Source of the DNA: the human T2T-CHM13v2.0 reference genome, Homo sapiens
Direction: 5' to 3' (one strand)
NCBI RefSeq assembly: GCF_009914755.1
Contig: NC_060937.1
DNA length: 64,000 bases
Under the pieces are notes generated by a model. It was not told where the DNA came from and made no database searches. It saw only the letters and a program-made list of their open reading frames with translations. Numbering within the stretch: the stretch's first letter is position 1; each line of letters begins with the position of its first letter. The position numbers and the translations under genes are program-made. Positions 45,601 through 60,860 of the stretch are shown piece after piece.

Positions 45601-46534
45601 GCTGGGTACTTGACATAGGAATTAAAAATGTATTTTCCAAATTATTTAAAAAGTGAAATATAAAAAAGTACATTAAGGACAACTGCAGTTAGGCTTTTAC
45701 TTAAGAAAGAATTGGCTCTGTAACCTTCCTGTAGTTAGATATGTCTTTCAGGTCTCTCTGGGTCAGAAATGAATCTATAGCTTTGTGTGACTGTTGATCC
45801 ATGGTAATCTTTCACATCTTTTTGTATCAAGGGGAAATAAAAAATAAATTAAGGAGTGTTAGGGCTATGTGGCCAAATCTATGCCTCCAGCTTACCTGAT
45901 AGAACCAATGAGGGACATTTGATTCAGAGTCAAGATGTAAAATTCCTCATTCTTTAGTATTTGTACTGAGACATAGCAATGACTGCTGATAGAAAATGAC
46001 TATTCAAGGGAAACAATGATTATGTAAAGTCAGGATAAGGGACAATATTGGGCAATATACAAGGCTAATGAAGATAGAAAAAAAATAAGAGAAACCACTT
46101 AGACACTGAAAGTTGGAGTCACTTAGTTCCTACTTTCCAGTTCTAATCTCTGAGACCTGTACTTTGAAGTTCAGGAGATGAGTTTTCATATACATCAAAT
46201 CTTTCTTTTTCTGAGAAAGATTTCAGTGGATTTCCATTTATATCAACCAACATAATCAACTAGAATATTCTGTAATATATTTTTCTAATTTTATAAATTA
46301 AATTATTTTAGTTAATAAATCACAATACCATTTCAACTAAATCTGAACATGAAAATTACAAAAATTTTGGACACACAATAAAAAAGTTTAGTTCTTTTCA
46401 GGTTAACAATTGAGCCCATTGTTTTATATTTTAAAAGTTCCCCCACTGAAAAAGTGTCTGGAGGTTAAAAGAAAAATATTGACTTTATTATTTGAATGTG
46501 TAACTAAGATAATGTTTAAAAATAAGCTTATCAT

Positions 46535-46945
46535 ATTGTCTTTGTAAGCTCCTGCAGCTATAACAAAGTAACTATAGACTAGGTGGCTTATGAACAACAG
46601 AAATTTATTTCTTACATTCTGGAGGCTGGAAGTTGGAAATCAGGGCACCAGCATGGTCATGATCTAGTAAGGACCTTCTTCCAAGATGCCAACTGGTGCA
46701 TTCTTGTTGTGCCCTCACAAGGCCAAAAACAACAACAACAACAACAACAAAAAAAAAACCAAAAGAACAAAAAAAAGAGCTAGAGAGAACTCTGGGCCCT
46801 GTTGTATGAGAACACTAATCCCATTCATGAGAGCTCCACACTCATGATCTAATTACCTCCCAAATGCCCTACCTCCTAATACCATCACAACAGTAGTTAG
46901 GATTTCAACCAGTGAATTTGGCAGAAACCTATTTAGTCCATTGTG
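46535..46945 (-). mobile_element. MLT1A-like MaLR LTR
   Basis: gctataacaaag...aacaacagaaatttatttc...ctaatcccattcatgag...ctcctaataccatcac. Confidence 0.85.
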
Positions 46946-47001
46946 GGTTATTCTTGACTTTACAAAAACTCAGCCATTTTGTTCATTTATGAGTTGACTA
47001 A

Positions 47002-47598
47002 TGATAGTGACAGGACACAGACAAATTCCTAGGCAGACAGGGACAGGTCCAGAAACTTGACCTTTAGGCCAAAGACGAAAGCCTGAAAGCCAATCTGCTA
47101 GTTTCAGATAAAGTCCATGACCAGAGTGAGAACTTTTATACTTGTCTTAATCACTCTCTCTCAGATGGTTCCTTCTGAATGATGTCTTTTAACCAGTTAA
47201 ATGTTGCCTTATCCAAGCCCACCCATGGACCAATCAGCACACATTCCCCCATCCCAAGCCCATCAAAATCCTGCACTCAGCCTCACAGACGACAACCCAC
47301 TTTTGGGCCCCCTCTTGCTGCTGAGAGCTTTCTTTCTGTCACTCAATAAAATTCTACTTTGCCTTACTCACTCTCTGGTGTCCACCTACCTTATTCCTCT
47401 TGGTTGCAGGACAAGAACCTGGAACTTGCCAAACTACAGGAGTAAAAGAGCTGTAATGCTCTCACTCATTGAACTGCAGGCGGTGGGAGTAAAAGAGCTG
47501 TAACACTCTTTTCCACTCACCAAGCTACAGGAGTGAAGAAACTGCTGGGCACCAGTCCCTCCCACTTGCCAAATTACGGAAACGAAAAAGCCTCAACA
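47002..47598 (+). mobile_element. ERV1 solo LTR
   Basis: TG...CA ends, perfect TSD CTAA, CCAAT, AATAAA at 47345, and repeated gagtaaaagagctgtaa in U5. Confidence 0.85.
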
Positions 47599-48617
47599 CT
47601 AACGTTCTATGCTTAGCAGACTATGGATACTTTGTGGAAAACAGATCACATCAAAATGAAGACATTTTATTGAATTTAGCATTTAGATTTTAAAGAAAAC
47701 CTAAGACTATAATCTACCTTGCAATTCCTTTAATTATTGACTCTATCACGAATAATATGACTTAATTTGAGTGTGCATTTTAAACTTCCTCTGAATTTCT
47801 TAGCAAAGAATTTTAGTGCAAAATGCACACTAAAAGTCAACTGTTGTGTGAAACAACAAAGACAACCAACAACATAAATAAAATACTTCCATATCCATAA
47901 TTAATAATAAATGAGACCAAAAAATTCCAGGCAAATTGTGAAGACACTGCTGCTTGTGAAAGCCTTACTCCATTAATGTTCCTCTCTTTTTCTGTCTCCA
48001 TCTTTTGTGTATGTGAAGAAAGAATCTAAAAGAATCTGGTAGAAGGAAAATTTGCACGAATATTCAACTTCTCATCTTTCTTTGAGAAGATTTGTATTTA
48101 AACCTTTTCATCTAGATTTGAGTAAAGAACAATGCTGCATTGCTAAGTGGGAAGGGCATGATTAGTTAGTGCCGTTCCAAGTCAAGAAAGATATTCTCCA
48201 CTGTCATCTACAAAGTTAAGCCAACCTCAGTCCTCCACCCACATCCACATTAATCCCTCTTTTTCGTTTTGTGTACTCATCCTCTGGTTTCTAAGTATTT
48301 TACTACTAATTGTCTCTATTCTTCTCTCTGGATTACCCATTAACTACTAACCTGCTGTGCCTGCAAGTGCAATAAGCAGGAAGTACCTGAGGTTGGGACT
48401 TTGCCAAACCACAAATTTGCTCAGCTATTTCTCATTTTCTGTCCTATTTCCTTCACCTCCTTATCAGTTTTGCCTCCAGCAGTTTCTTAAGAAGTCCTTT
48501 AAAGGCAAATTCTTATTTGGGACATGATTGTGGAGAACTCAACCTAAGAGGCTTCTTCATTTCGCAAGCAATCATGGGCACACGCATGCATGCATGCACA
48601 CACATAGCAATACAATG

Positions 48618-49017
48618 TGATATAGTTTGAATATGTGCCCCTGACAAATCTCATGTTGCATTGTAATTTCTAATGTTAGAGGTGGGGCCTGGAGGGAGGT
48701 GTTTGGGTCATGAGGGCAGATTTCCCACGGCTTGGTGCTGTCCTCGTGATAGTGAGTTCTTTCAAGATCCGGTTGTTTAGAAGAGTGTGACATCTTCCCC
48801 TCCCTTGATTCCACTCTCTATGTGTGAGATGCCAGCTCCTCCTTCACCTTTTGCCATGATTGTAAGCAGTCGAAGCCCTCACCAGAAGCTGAGTACATGC
48901 CGGAGCTATGCTACCTGTGTAGCCTTCAGAACTGTGATGCAATTAAACCATTTTTTTAAAATAAATTACCCAGCTTTAGGTATTTCTTCAAAGCAATGCA
49001 TAGCAGAGTCTAATACA
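48618..49017 (+). mobile_element. MSTA-like MaLR LTR
   Basis: tgatatagtttg...taaattacccag...ctaataca; TSD caatg/caatt. Confidence 0.88.
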
Positions 49018-49470
49018 CAATTCTAAGAGTAAATGTACAGCAATATACTTATGACAAAGCCATTTTCTGAAAATTTGTATTGATTTATTTTAGCAATAAT
49101 TCTTTCTAGGTGAAGCAATATTTCCAAGGCACTTTTACTAGTATTATTTCATTTGATTTAAGAAAAAGGAAAGAAAATATGTTAATTTAAGGATTAGAAA
49201 CCTCAGGTATTAGCTGGTTGTAGGACAAGTTCATTTGACTCTACATTTTACAGCCTGAGACTAGGCATTATTAATTGAAAATTCAGTAAGTATAGTTATG
49301 ACTGGTAAGTAGAAAAGTGAATGTGTCTTTCCTTATTGACAATGGAGCTAGTGCAAAATTTAGTAAATGATAAGCACTGTATAGATGGAATAATTAGAAG
49401 AGAGAGTCAGATTTTGTTTGTTTGCTTTTTTGGTTTGGTTTGTTATTTGTAAGACATCTTTTTAAATACA

Positions 49471-49940
49471 TGTGGTTATGGATCAAATTCTGTCCCCTCA
49501 ACATTCATATGCTGAAGACCTAAGCCCCAATACAACTGTATTTGGAGACGGAACTAATAAACAGATAATTCTTAAGTTGGTGCAAACATAACTGTGGTTT
49601 TGTCATTACTTTTAATGGCCAAAACCACAGTTATTTTGCAACAACCTAATAGGTTTAAGTGGTGTCATAAGGGTGAAATTCTAAATTAATATCACTGATA
49701 CCACTTTAAGACGATCAAGAAACACCAGGGCTGCTCTCACACAGAGGAAAGGCACTGTAAGAACACAGCAAGCAGGCGGACATATGCAAGCCAAGGAAAG
49801 AGGTCCTAAGAGAAACCTAACCTGAAGACATTTGTGATCTTGGATACTCAGCATCCAGAACTGTGATAAAATAAATGTCTGTTGTATAAGCCACCTGATC
49901 TGTGGTATTTTGTTTTAACAGGTTTAGCAGACTAATATGC
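49471..49940 (+). mobile_element. MLT1B-like LTR interrupted by MADE1
   Basis: attcatatgctgaagacctaa...tgtatttggaga...aataaatgtctgttgtataagccac. Confidence 0.85.
49572..49649. mobile_element. MADE1 (Hsmar1-derived MITE)
   Basis: About 80-bp palindrome ttaagttggtgcaaa...ttttgcaacaacctaa with mariner TIRs. Confidence 0.9.
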
Positions 49941-51117
49941 ACTGAAGCACCTCAAAAAAGATTTGGTTCATAGAATATTGGATTTGGAACACTCTGCTAA
50001 TTATTAAATCTTGCTGATTAATATAATATAATCAGATGAATAACAGGGAAGAGTTTATATAAGCTGATTTCATAGGTCTAGCGTGAGATCTAGGAATCTG
50101 TATGTTATCTATACAGCCAAGATGAATTAGTATCAGGAAGCACTGTATTAGCCTCTCTTTGCCACAGCCCTAGTCCTCTATTTCTTTCTTGCTTTCTGGA
50201 CAAAGTGCAAGCTTCTGTTACTAAGTCATCACTTCCATTCTTTCCCTTTTAAACTTTATGGAAATGTATGCTTTAGACCAAGGTAGTTCAGTAGAAATAT
50301 TAAACAAGGAACAGTTATAGTTTAGCACACTATAGTGGCCATATTTAAAAGAAGCACAAATAAACATGCAAAATTAATTGTATAATATATTTTAAGTAGC
50401 AAATAAATATAAGATTTTTCTTTTAATTTACTTATTTACCTATTTTTATTTTTTTAATCGACAAATATTATGCATATTTATGGGGTACAATGTGATGTTT
50501 GGATCTATGTATACACTGTAGAAAGATTCACTTAAGCTAACTAACATATCTGTCACTCCATCAAATTATTTTTATGTGGTGAGAAAGTAAAAAATATATT
50601 CTTTTTGCAATTTTGAAATATACAAACCATTATTATTAATGGTGGTCACCATGCAGTGCAGTAGATCAGTAGAACTTATTCCTCCAGTATAACTGAAACT
50701 TTGCACCCTCTGAACAATATATCCCCTTTCCCCATTTCTTCCCCTGCCCCACCCCAACCTCTGGTAACCATCTTTCTACTCTTTGGTTTTATGAGGTTGA
50801 CTTTTTTTTAGATTCCACATGTAAGTAAAATCATATGGTAATTGTCTTTCTGTGCCTGGCATATTTCATTTAATTTAATGTCTTCCAGTTTTATCTATAT
50901 TGTTCCGAATGACAGATTTTCTTATATTTTAAGACTATATAGAATTTTATCGTGTATATGTATATATATAATATATCATTTTTTTCATTCATTTATTCAT
51001 TGCCAGACATGAATAAATGAAAGAAATGAAGGGCAGTCTGGTGGGTTCCATGTCTTCATGTTGTGAATAATGCTAAAATAAACATGAGAGTACACACACA
51101 TATATATATATATATAT

Positions 51118-51302
51118 TTATTTATTTATTTATTTATTTATTTATTTTTTGAGAAAAGGTCTCACTCACTCTTTTGCCCAGGCTGGAGAGCAGTGGCATG
51201 ATCACAGCTCACAGCAAACTCAAACTCGTGGGCTCAAGTGATCTTCCTACAACAGCTTCTCAAGCATCTGGGACTCCAGTCACGCACCGCCACACTTGGC
51301 TA
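51118..51302 (-). mobile_element. AluJ right arm/FRAM with (TTTA)n(TA)n tail
   Basis: Single monomer; TSD GAGAGTRCA. Confidence 0.8.
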
Positions 51303-51971
51303 GAGAGTGCAGATTTCTCTTCAACATACTGACTTCAGTTCATTTGAATATATATCTAGAAGTGTAATTGCTGAATCATATAGTAATTCTATTTCTAGTT
51401 TTTTGAAGAACTTCTATGCTATTTCCCAAAATAAATTAATTTTCATTCCCACCAACTGTATACAAAAGTTCTCTTTCTCCACATCCTCACCAATGTGTCA
51501 CTATTCCTTTTTTATCATAGCCATTCTAACAGGTATGAGGCAATATTTCATTTTGTTTTTAATTTATATTTGCTTTATGATTAGAAGTGTCGAGGATTTT
51601 TCAAGTATCCATTGGCTATTCACATCTCCTCTTCTGAGAAATGTCTGTTCAGATCCTTTGCCCATTTTTAATAGGGTTATTTGTTTTCTTTCTACTCAGT
51701 TGAAATTTCTTGTACATTTTGGATATTAGCTCATTAACAGAATCATCGTTTGTCAATATTTTCTCCCTATCTGTAGGTTGTCTCTTCAGTCTTTTGTTTC
51801 CTTTTCCGTGCAGAAGCTTTTTGGTTTGATGCACTCTTATTTGTTTATTTTTGCTTTTGTTGCCTCTACTTTTGGAGTTCTATTCAAGAAATCATCGCCC
51901 AGACCAATGTTGTGAACTTTTCCTCTATGTTTCCTACTACTAGCTTTATAGTTTCAAGTATTACATTTAAG

Positions 51972-52886
<915 letters not shown>

Positions 52887-53324
52887 GATAAAGGTCCAAT
52901 TATTTTTCATGTGCATATCCAGTTTTCCCAACATCACTTATTGAAGAGACTGTCATTTTGCCAGTGAGAGTTTCTGACACCTTTGTTGAAAATCAATTGA
53001 TAGAAGATAACTAGGTTTATTTCTGGGCTTTCTATTCCATTTCATTGGTTGAAATGTCTCTTGTTAATGCTAGTACCATGCTGTTTCTATTACATTAGCT
53101 TTATAATACATTTTGACATCAGGGAATGTGATACCTCCAGCTTTCTTCTTTTTGCTCAAGATTGCTTTCGCTACTTGGGGTCTTTTCTGGTTCCATACAA
53201 ACTGTAGGATGGTTTTTTCTATTTCTGTGTAAAATTACATTGGATTTTGTTAGGGACCACAGTTAATATATAGATCATTTTGGCTTACATGAATATTCAG
53301 CAATATTAGTTATTTAATTAATTA

Positions 53325-54140
53325 TTCAGGTCTCTGTCCTTCACATCAGCTTCTTCATGTGACATTGAAACTGGTTTCTCTCAGGGCAAGCAACTCAAGA
53401 AAATTTAAGAGTGCCAAAGACAGAATCCACAGTCTTTTGATAATCTAATCTTAAGAGTGACATTCATCATTTCTGCCTTATTTTATTTATTAGACAGAGG
53501 TATAGAATTCAGGGCTCTCAAGGGCATGAATACTAGGAGGCAAGGATCACAGGGCTGTGTTAGAAGCTACCTACCATAGTCATCCCTCTAACTCCTAATG
53601 ACACATTCCTTCCACAAAGAAACTATACACTCCTCTACTTCAGGTCCCCCAAAACCTCTTCTCATTATACCATCATCTCAAAGCTCAGAATCTTTCCATT
53701 CATCAGATCCAAATGGGAATAATTTGCCTCTATTCTAGTTCCCGAATTATAACACGGTAAGTACAGATCCTTTTAGTCTGTACTTGTAAAACTAAGGAGT
53801 ACATTACCTGCCTCTAGACATCAAAAATATAATGGTGAGACAGGCTGGCTTCCTGCATGTAGCATTACGGGGTCCAAAGGCCTCTCCTTATTCCACACTG
53901 ACTGTTATTCTTCAGCCTGAACTGGGAATGTTCCTGAATATATAGCACTTTTAAGCACTGTTTCTTGATCATGAGCTTGGGATTCCACCCAATGTACAAA
54001 ATCCCGCTTCCCCATCCTCCAAATCTCTTCAAGGTAAACCTTTCTCAACTTTCATGCTTTGAGAAGATCCTGAGGCACAAGACTCTACCTGTAATCATTT
54101 TGAGGTGTTTGAAAAAAAGGAGTTGCACTTACACACTTAG
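53325..54140. mobile_element. Old MaLR LTR/internal fragments
   Basis: catttctgccttattttatttattag and gggcatgaatactaggaggcaaggatcacagggc. Confidence 0.5.
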
Positions 54141-54147
54141 CTTGCTT

Positions 54148-54152
54148 GTTTT

Positions 54153-54204
<52 letters not shown>

Positions 54205-54511
54205 TCCTTCTTTCTTTCTGTCTTTCTTTTTTTTGAGACAGGGTCTCTTTCAGGCTAGAGAACTGTGGTGCAATCATAGCTCACAGCAGTCTCAACTTCT
54301 GGGCTGAAGAGATCCTCCCATCTTAGCCTCCCCAGTAGCTAGGGCTACAGGTGTGCATCACAATGTCTGGCTAATTTAAAAGAAAAAAGAATTTGTAGAG
54401 ACAGTGTCTTGTTTTGTTGCCCAGGCTGGTCTGGTACTCCTGGCCTCAAGTGATCCTCCTGCTTCGGCCTCCCAAAGTGCTGAGATTACAGACATAAGTC
54501 GCCACACCTGG
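54148..54511 (-). mobile_element. AluJ with (CTTT)n tail
   Basis: Reverse Alu with a tetranucleotide repeat at 54150-54230. Confidence 0.9.
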
Positions 54512-57500
54512 ATATAGATTTCTTTTTAAACCACATTCTCCTGGCAGTATTCTGGATTTGATCTTTGTTCTAAAGCCATTACTTAATTTTAGCATAATTT
54601 GTTCTCTGAGGAGGATAGAATTCTCAAAACCATTAAGTTCTGGCTCCTTTTTGTTTAAGTTCCTTTCTTCATTTTATCTCCTTCCACACAGATATATCTG
54701 TATTTCACAACATTTGTTTTATCTTGAGTACATATTATGAAGCACAAAATATATAAAAAATGCTGAAATAAGTAGTTAGGTAAATCAAGGGTTTCTGAAA
54801 ACATGGCCAATAACATCAACTTTGGGCTTTGATTAGTCATGCTCCTTTACTTGGAGCTAGCGAGTTACCTTCTTACCACTTCCTTCTCTCCCTTCCCCTG
54901 TCAGAGTAAATCAACCCTCTCCAATTTATAAGTCATAGTGGGATTCAAGGGTAAATATCATAAAACAGATTGTCAAGAATGCTGTTAATTTAGGCAAAAT
55001 TATTTATTTCAACTTTTAAAAACCAGCTGGACTCATAAAGCACAAAATCAAATACAGATTTGTAGAACTGTTGAGCTATTAATATTGAGTGATTTTCCCT
55101 GAAGTCCAGCAGGAAAGGTAGTGTTAGGGTAGCCATGTTGGATTCAGGGCAGCTAGCCAGTCAGCTACCTGACAACAATCTATACATCACTTGGATAATT
55201 TACATATAGTATGCCAGTAAATTTAGGTTTTCATAAATTCTAATTACAGGAAAATTAAATAATGCTCCTTCAACCAAATAGACTATGTCTTATAGTGCAA
55301 ATTAAACCAACATTTTCAGCAAGCGAAAGCCTATTTCTGCTAAGTAATTTTTCAAATTGTACATGCAATAACAAGGTACACTGTGTACCAGTCAGTCTAT
55401 AGTGAACTGAATTCAGCAGAATGTGTGAAGCTGATTACCTAGGATAAATTACTGATATTGTCTGGGCTTCCAGCATTTTGACATGCCTACCTAGAAGCTG
55501 TGTGGTCTGTATTGTCACAATATAAAAATGAAAAGAGAATAAGAACTAAGAAAGAGTGATAAACATCTTAAATTGCCATAAATCAGCCCTAGAGCATACT
55601 GTTTTAAAATGACCGTTCATTTATTTCCACATAGATTTTATCTTCTGTGTGAATGCATCTAACACTTTCTAGTTACCAGTAAAAGAAAATAGAGAAATTA
55701 AAAATAAACAGAAAATCAGTTACTTTCACTATATGTGATTATTATCTTGTACTCAACATCAAGAAATAAAATAATTATTAATAGAAAATCAGTTTTATTT
55801 CTAGACATTGAGTTCTCTAAGTTCTAAATTTGAAAACTGTAAATACACAGAGTTCTAAATTTTGTACTCTGTGTATTATTTTAAATTGCATTATTTCCTG
55901 GAAACCATTATCCCTTTCTCCTATTTTTTCTGGTGCTATGTGGCTAGCTCGTTAGCAACATTTACTTTAAGAATTCAGAATAATGCTTTAAATTTGTTTA
56001 AATCCATTGTATCTAGCACTTCATTTTATTTTGCAGAAAAGGAAGCCTTTTTAAAAGGGGATGACATATGTGGGGCAAGTTCATGCAGGACAATCATAAT
56101 TGGTCTTGTTTAAGACCACATATCACAAATGAATTTATAGGCCTGTTGGGCAGAATGAAGCAAGGAGGAGCTGGTTTTATTGGGGATATGGGGACATTTT
56201 TGGAATAAGATCAAGCTCGCCTTAAACTAGATAGAGCACTAACATGAAGGCTCTTGAACTCGTGAATAGTATTGAATTTGTTCTTCCAGGGACACTTCCA
56301 ATTTATCATGTTTCTCATCTGGAGCTGAGTGACTAGCATATTAATCCAGATGAAAGAATCATTCCTCCATGGAGCAGGAAAGCTGGTGGCAGAAAGGGAT
56401 GCTTGTGTTTGCAGTATTTAAAAACTGCAAAAAGTAGAGGATACTCAGATGTGCATAGAGAGATAATATATTATTTTTCATTGGGATTCTGAAAAAGAAA
56501 CTTGGATAGCACTGTTACTAGCCAATCCTTGCAGCTAAGTAATCTAGAGATCTTGTTGCAATTTAAAAAACTACAGAGACAAAAGGATGGCAGTACAGAA
56601 GCATAAACATTGCTCACTTGATTGTTTGGTTATCGTTTTTTTTAATCCTCTAGAGTTCTGTTTGGAAGAAACCTTGGGTGATATACTGGATAAGCACATA
56701 TTCAATTTAGGATTATATTACTAAGAAAAGAAGATGAATGGAAAAAGAACCAGAAGTTTCAAATATAGAAAATGTACACTAAAGAAGAGAGTGTCCATTC
56801 AGAAATGTCTAATATTTAGAAGTGACAAGCCTAAAATGTTCAAAATATGCAGAAAACAGAACACTTAAATGCCATATTCAAAAAGAAAAAAAAAAGGTTT
56901 ACATGATAGCTTCTTCTGTCAAGGTACTGCAACTTAGTATAAAAACTAACCTTTAAAATTGTTCTTAAAATATTCTTGTTACTTAAGTAATAACAGTTCA
57001 TTTTTAGAGAATTAAAAATTAATCTCATGATAGAAGAGTTTTCCCAGTTAAATTTTAATTTCACAGGTTGTGGAGTTCAGCACAGTTGCCATGCTTCAGG
57101 AAACAGCCTATCAAAGCCCAAACTATTAACTGTTACTCAGTTCAGGTTATATGAACTTTTGGGACATCTCCCAACACAGCTCTATTAAGTTATGTATTAG
57201 TTTCCTATTGGCAGTGGAAACGTAAATGCTTGAGAAAACTGAGAAAATCAGAGATCTTAATTCTCAGTTTAACAGACTTAAAACTCTACCACCATCTCAG
57301 AGAAAGAACAAGGAAGCAAAGTCTCTGTTTTGATGGGTTAATGTCTTCTGAGGGATATCAAAATCCAATTCCACAGTCTCTTTTAACTATTAACAGTTAG
57401 ATTAGACCCATTCACAGTAGATCAGAATCCACAGGCCATAAATGAATGTAAATATTCCTTTGAGATTGATTGTACACTTGGAAAGCATGACCAGGAAAAA

Positions 57501-58193
57501 ATACATCACTTCAGTAATTAATAATTATTTATTATTAAAAATTATTAAACATACTAATAAAGCTTCTAAAACCATGCCACCACATATAATACTCTTTTTA
57601 AAAATATAATAAAAATTTAAAAGTCATCTCTGAAGATCAGCTAACAATAAAATAAGTAAAGAAATTAATTAAAAAAACAATTCAATGAAAGTTAGTCAAT
57701 AGCAGAATCATGAAGTAACATATTGACCACATTTGATAAGATTTCACTTTTGGTAATGTTGGACTATGTTGTTTTTGAAAACCCCACTAAACTGAGGACA
57801 ATAGGCTTAAATGAATAAAATGTGTCTCTTTGTGTGTAGGCACTTTTTAAAAGTTATTGGAAAGGATACCAAGGCAGAGAGAACTGGCAGGGCTCAGATT
57901 TAGAAGTGAAGGTATAAAAATAGTAAGGAACCGAGAAATCATTGCATTTTTCACTCTATAGTACTACGTATTTAAAATATTGTTTTATAGAAATTCAGTT
58001 GGCTTTTATCAATTTCAAAAAAACTAAGAAAATTAAAAAATTAAAAAACCCTGAAGTTCACAGGATCTAAGAAAAGTAAGGAATTGGTAAGAATCCATGA
58101 CTTTAGTTAGAGCCTTAAAGGGGTAAAGCCTACTAATAAGGTGAACTGTTAATAACCTAACTTAAAACACTCAATCATTTATTGGTTTAAAGC

Positions 58194-58417
58194 AAGCTTG
58201 TCCAACCTGCAGCCTGCAGGCCACATGTGGATCAGGATGCCTTTGAATGTGGCCCAACACAAATTTGTAAACTTTCTTAAAGCACTTATGAGATTTTTTT
58301 TTTGCAACTTTTTTTTAAGCTCATAAACTGTCATTAGTGTTAGTGTATTTTATATGTGGCCCAAGACAATTCTTCTTCCAATATGACCCAGGAAAGCCAA
58401 AAGACTGAGCACCCCTG
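58194..58417. mobile_element. MER30 hAT-Charlie element
   Basis: ctttgaatgtggcccaacacaaatttgtaaactttcttaaa and gtggcccaagacaattcttcttcca. Confidence 0.85.
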
Positions 58418-58656
58418 AAGTGAACCAACTGGAGCCCAGCTTCCTGCCCAAAACAAAAATCGTTTTTGAAGGGAGATGGCATTATTCAGTCTTAAAATAT
58501 CTTTATAATGTGTCAGATTGTATATCTGGTACTGCTTTAAAAATAAGTAGAATTGTGTAATGACAAGGTATAATCGAAAAAGAAACAAGAACAAATACCA
58601 AACAATAGAAGATATACATATAAAAGCAGATGATACAGATATTAAATATAAATATT

Positions 58657-58960
<304 letters not shown>

Positions 58961-58999
58961 TATATATATATACACATATATAAAAATTATTATATTTCT

Positions 59000-60860
59000 A
59001 ATTGATAGGGTCAAAAAATTAAGTGTTAGGGTAGTATTTTGGAAAGATGACAATTAGAGTAAAGAATCACATAAATATTGGAATTGAAAAATATAATAAG
59101 CAAATGAAGAAAAAATAAAAACTGGAAAAAGAGATTAAACAATGGAAGAGATGATTAGTGACCTAGAAGATAGGCTGGAAGGAATATCCATAATGAAGCC
59201 TGCATGTTCAAAACTTGTGTATACTACAGTTAAATTTAAAATATCTGTAACTGCATGGCCATAATGAAACCTGAGAGACAATGGGGCAGTCTCTCAACTT
59301 TTTGAAACAAAAACAGTAGCTGAAAATATTTTAAAATACACTGAAGATAATCGAGAATCAAGAGTAACCATAAATCTGAAGCAAATTAAAGCAAAAAATC
59401 ACACCTTGACATATCAAATTATAAGCACACAAAAACAAAGAGAATATAAAGTGTTAAGATTAGCCAAATAGAAAACATATATTGCCTTCACAGGATCAAT
59501 GGTCCGCCTAGGGCCTGTAATAAGAACAACGTCTGATCTGATCTCTCAGCAGAAACAATGGAAGCTGGAAAACCATATAATGAAAATTTTTCAATGCTGA
59601 ACGAAAATAACCACTAACAGAATGCAATATATTGAGAAAATATGCTTAAAAAGACAAGGAGATGAAATAAATAAAAGACATTTTCACACAGATAAGAGCA
59701 ATAACTTTTTCTTCAATAGATCTATGCTGAAGGAAATTTCAAAGCGTTTTTTATTTTTTAATCAGAAGAAAAATAATCCAGATAGAATTTTAGATGTGAG
59801 ATAAAGGGATGCAGAGTAAGAGGAAATATAAATGTGTGGGTATATCTAAATAAAAATTGTATCAGTGACAACAAAAACGTGTAATAATTGAAACAATAAT
59901 ATGTTTTGGATTATAACACACAGAAAATATGTGTTAGAAGAAGTACCTAAGCTGAGGGGTTGTAAAAAAAAATAGAGAAGTGGCAAAGGAACTAATTATA
60001 TTTTAATATATAAAGCAAGTAAATAGTATCAGTTAAATAGTCACTAAACAAAAAACTATGAGGGATAGATGGAATAAAAAATAATGAAATCAGGAAAGGT
60101 AAGAAATAAAAGTACATAGGACATAAATAAATAAAAATAATATACTGAAATAATAGATTTGAATATAAATATGTCAGAAATATAAATCATGCATAAGTAT
60201 TAAGTATTCAAGGACAAAGGCTTTCATCTTACATTAAAAATTTTCACTTATAAGAAACATATTTTACATGCAAGAAAGTCAAAAAATTGAAAAGTATGGC
60301 ACACCCACACTGACTAAAGTTGATGTAGCTATCATAATATATAAGAAGGCTTTAAAGCAAGAAATATTGCTAGAAAAAATCATTTAATAAAATACACCTA
60401 ATAAATGTGCAAAACCTCTGTAGTATACTTATACAAAATACAGTCTAATTCCTTTATTAAGAAAGATACATATATTTTCTACATTAATTATTTGAAAGAC
60501 ACAGTACTATAAAGACAACAATCTTCCTTAAATTGACCTAGTGTCAATTTAATCTCAAAGAAAATCTGAACATATCGAAAAATATACACATTGTTTCTAA
60601 AACATGTAGAATGCAAAGTATATGCCAGCCAAGAAGAGCCATGAAAGTCATGAAGAACAACAGTTGGAAATTTTATTCTGAATTTTCAAATAAAAGGGCT
60701 TTTTTTTTTTTCTCAAATAAAGGTTAGAGTGTTAATAAAAGCCCAAGGAAATATAGCAATGGAACAATAAAGATATTTGAGATGTAGTTTCTCACATAGA
60801 TGAACAACTGATTTATGACAAAAATTACATTACAGGACATTGAAAAAATGAACGATAGAA
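59000..60860 (+). mobile_element. Old L1M ORF1/ORF2 remnants
   Basis: attagtgacctagaagatagg, ctctcagcagaaacaatggaagc and gatttatgacaaa. Confidence 0.6.

Noticed and set aside
47770-47831. 12-bp inverted repeat AGTGTGCATTTT / AAAATGCACACT as a MITE
   Set aside because: No TSD or known TIR; plausible by chance or by local template switching.
51307-51729. 140-aa ORF
   Set aside because: Antisense reading of L1MA sequence.
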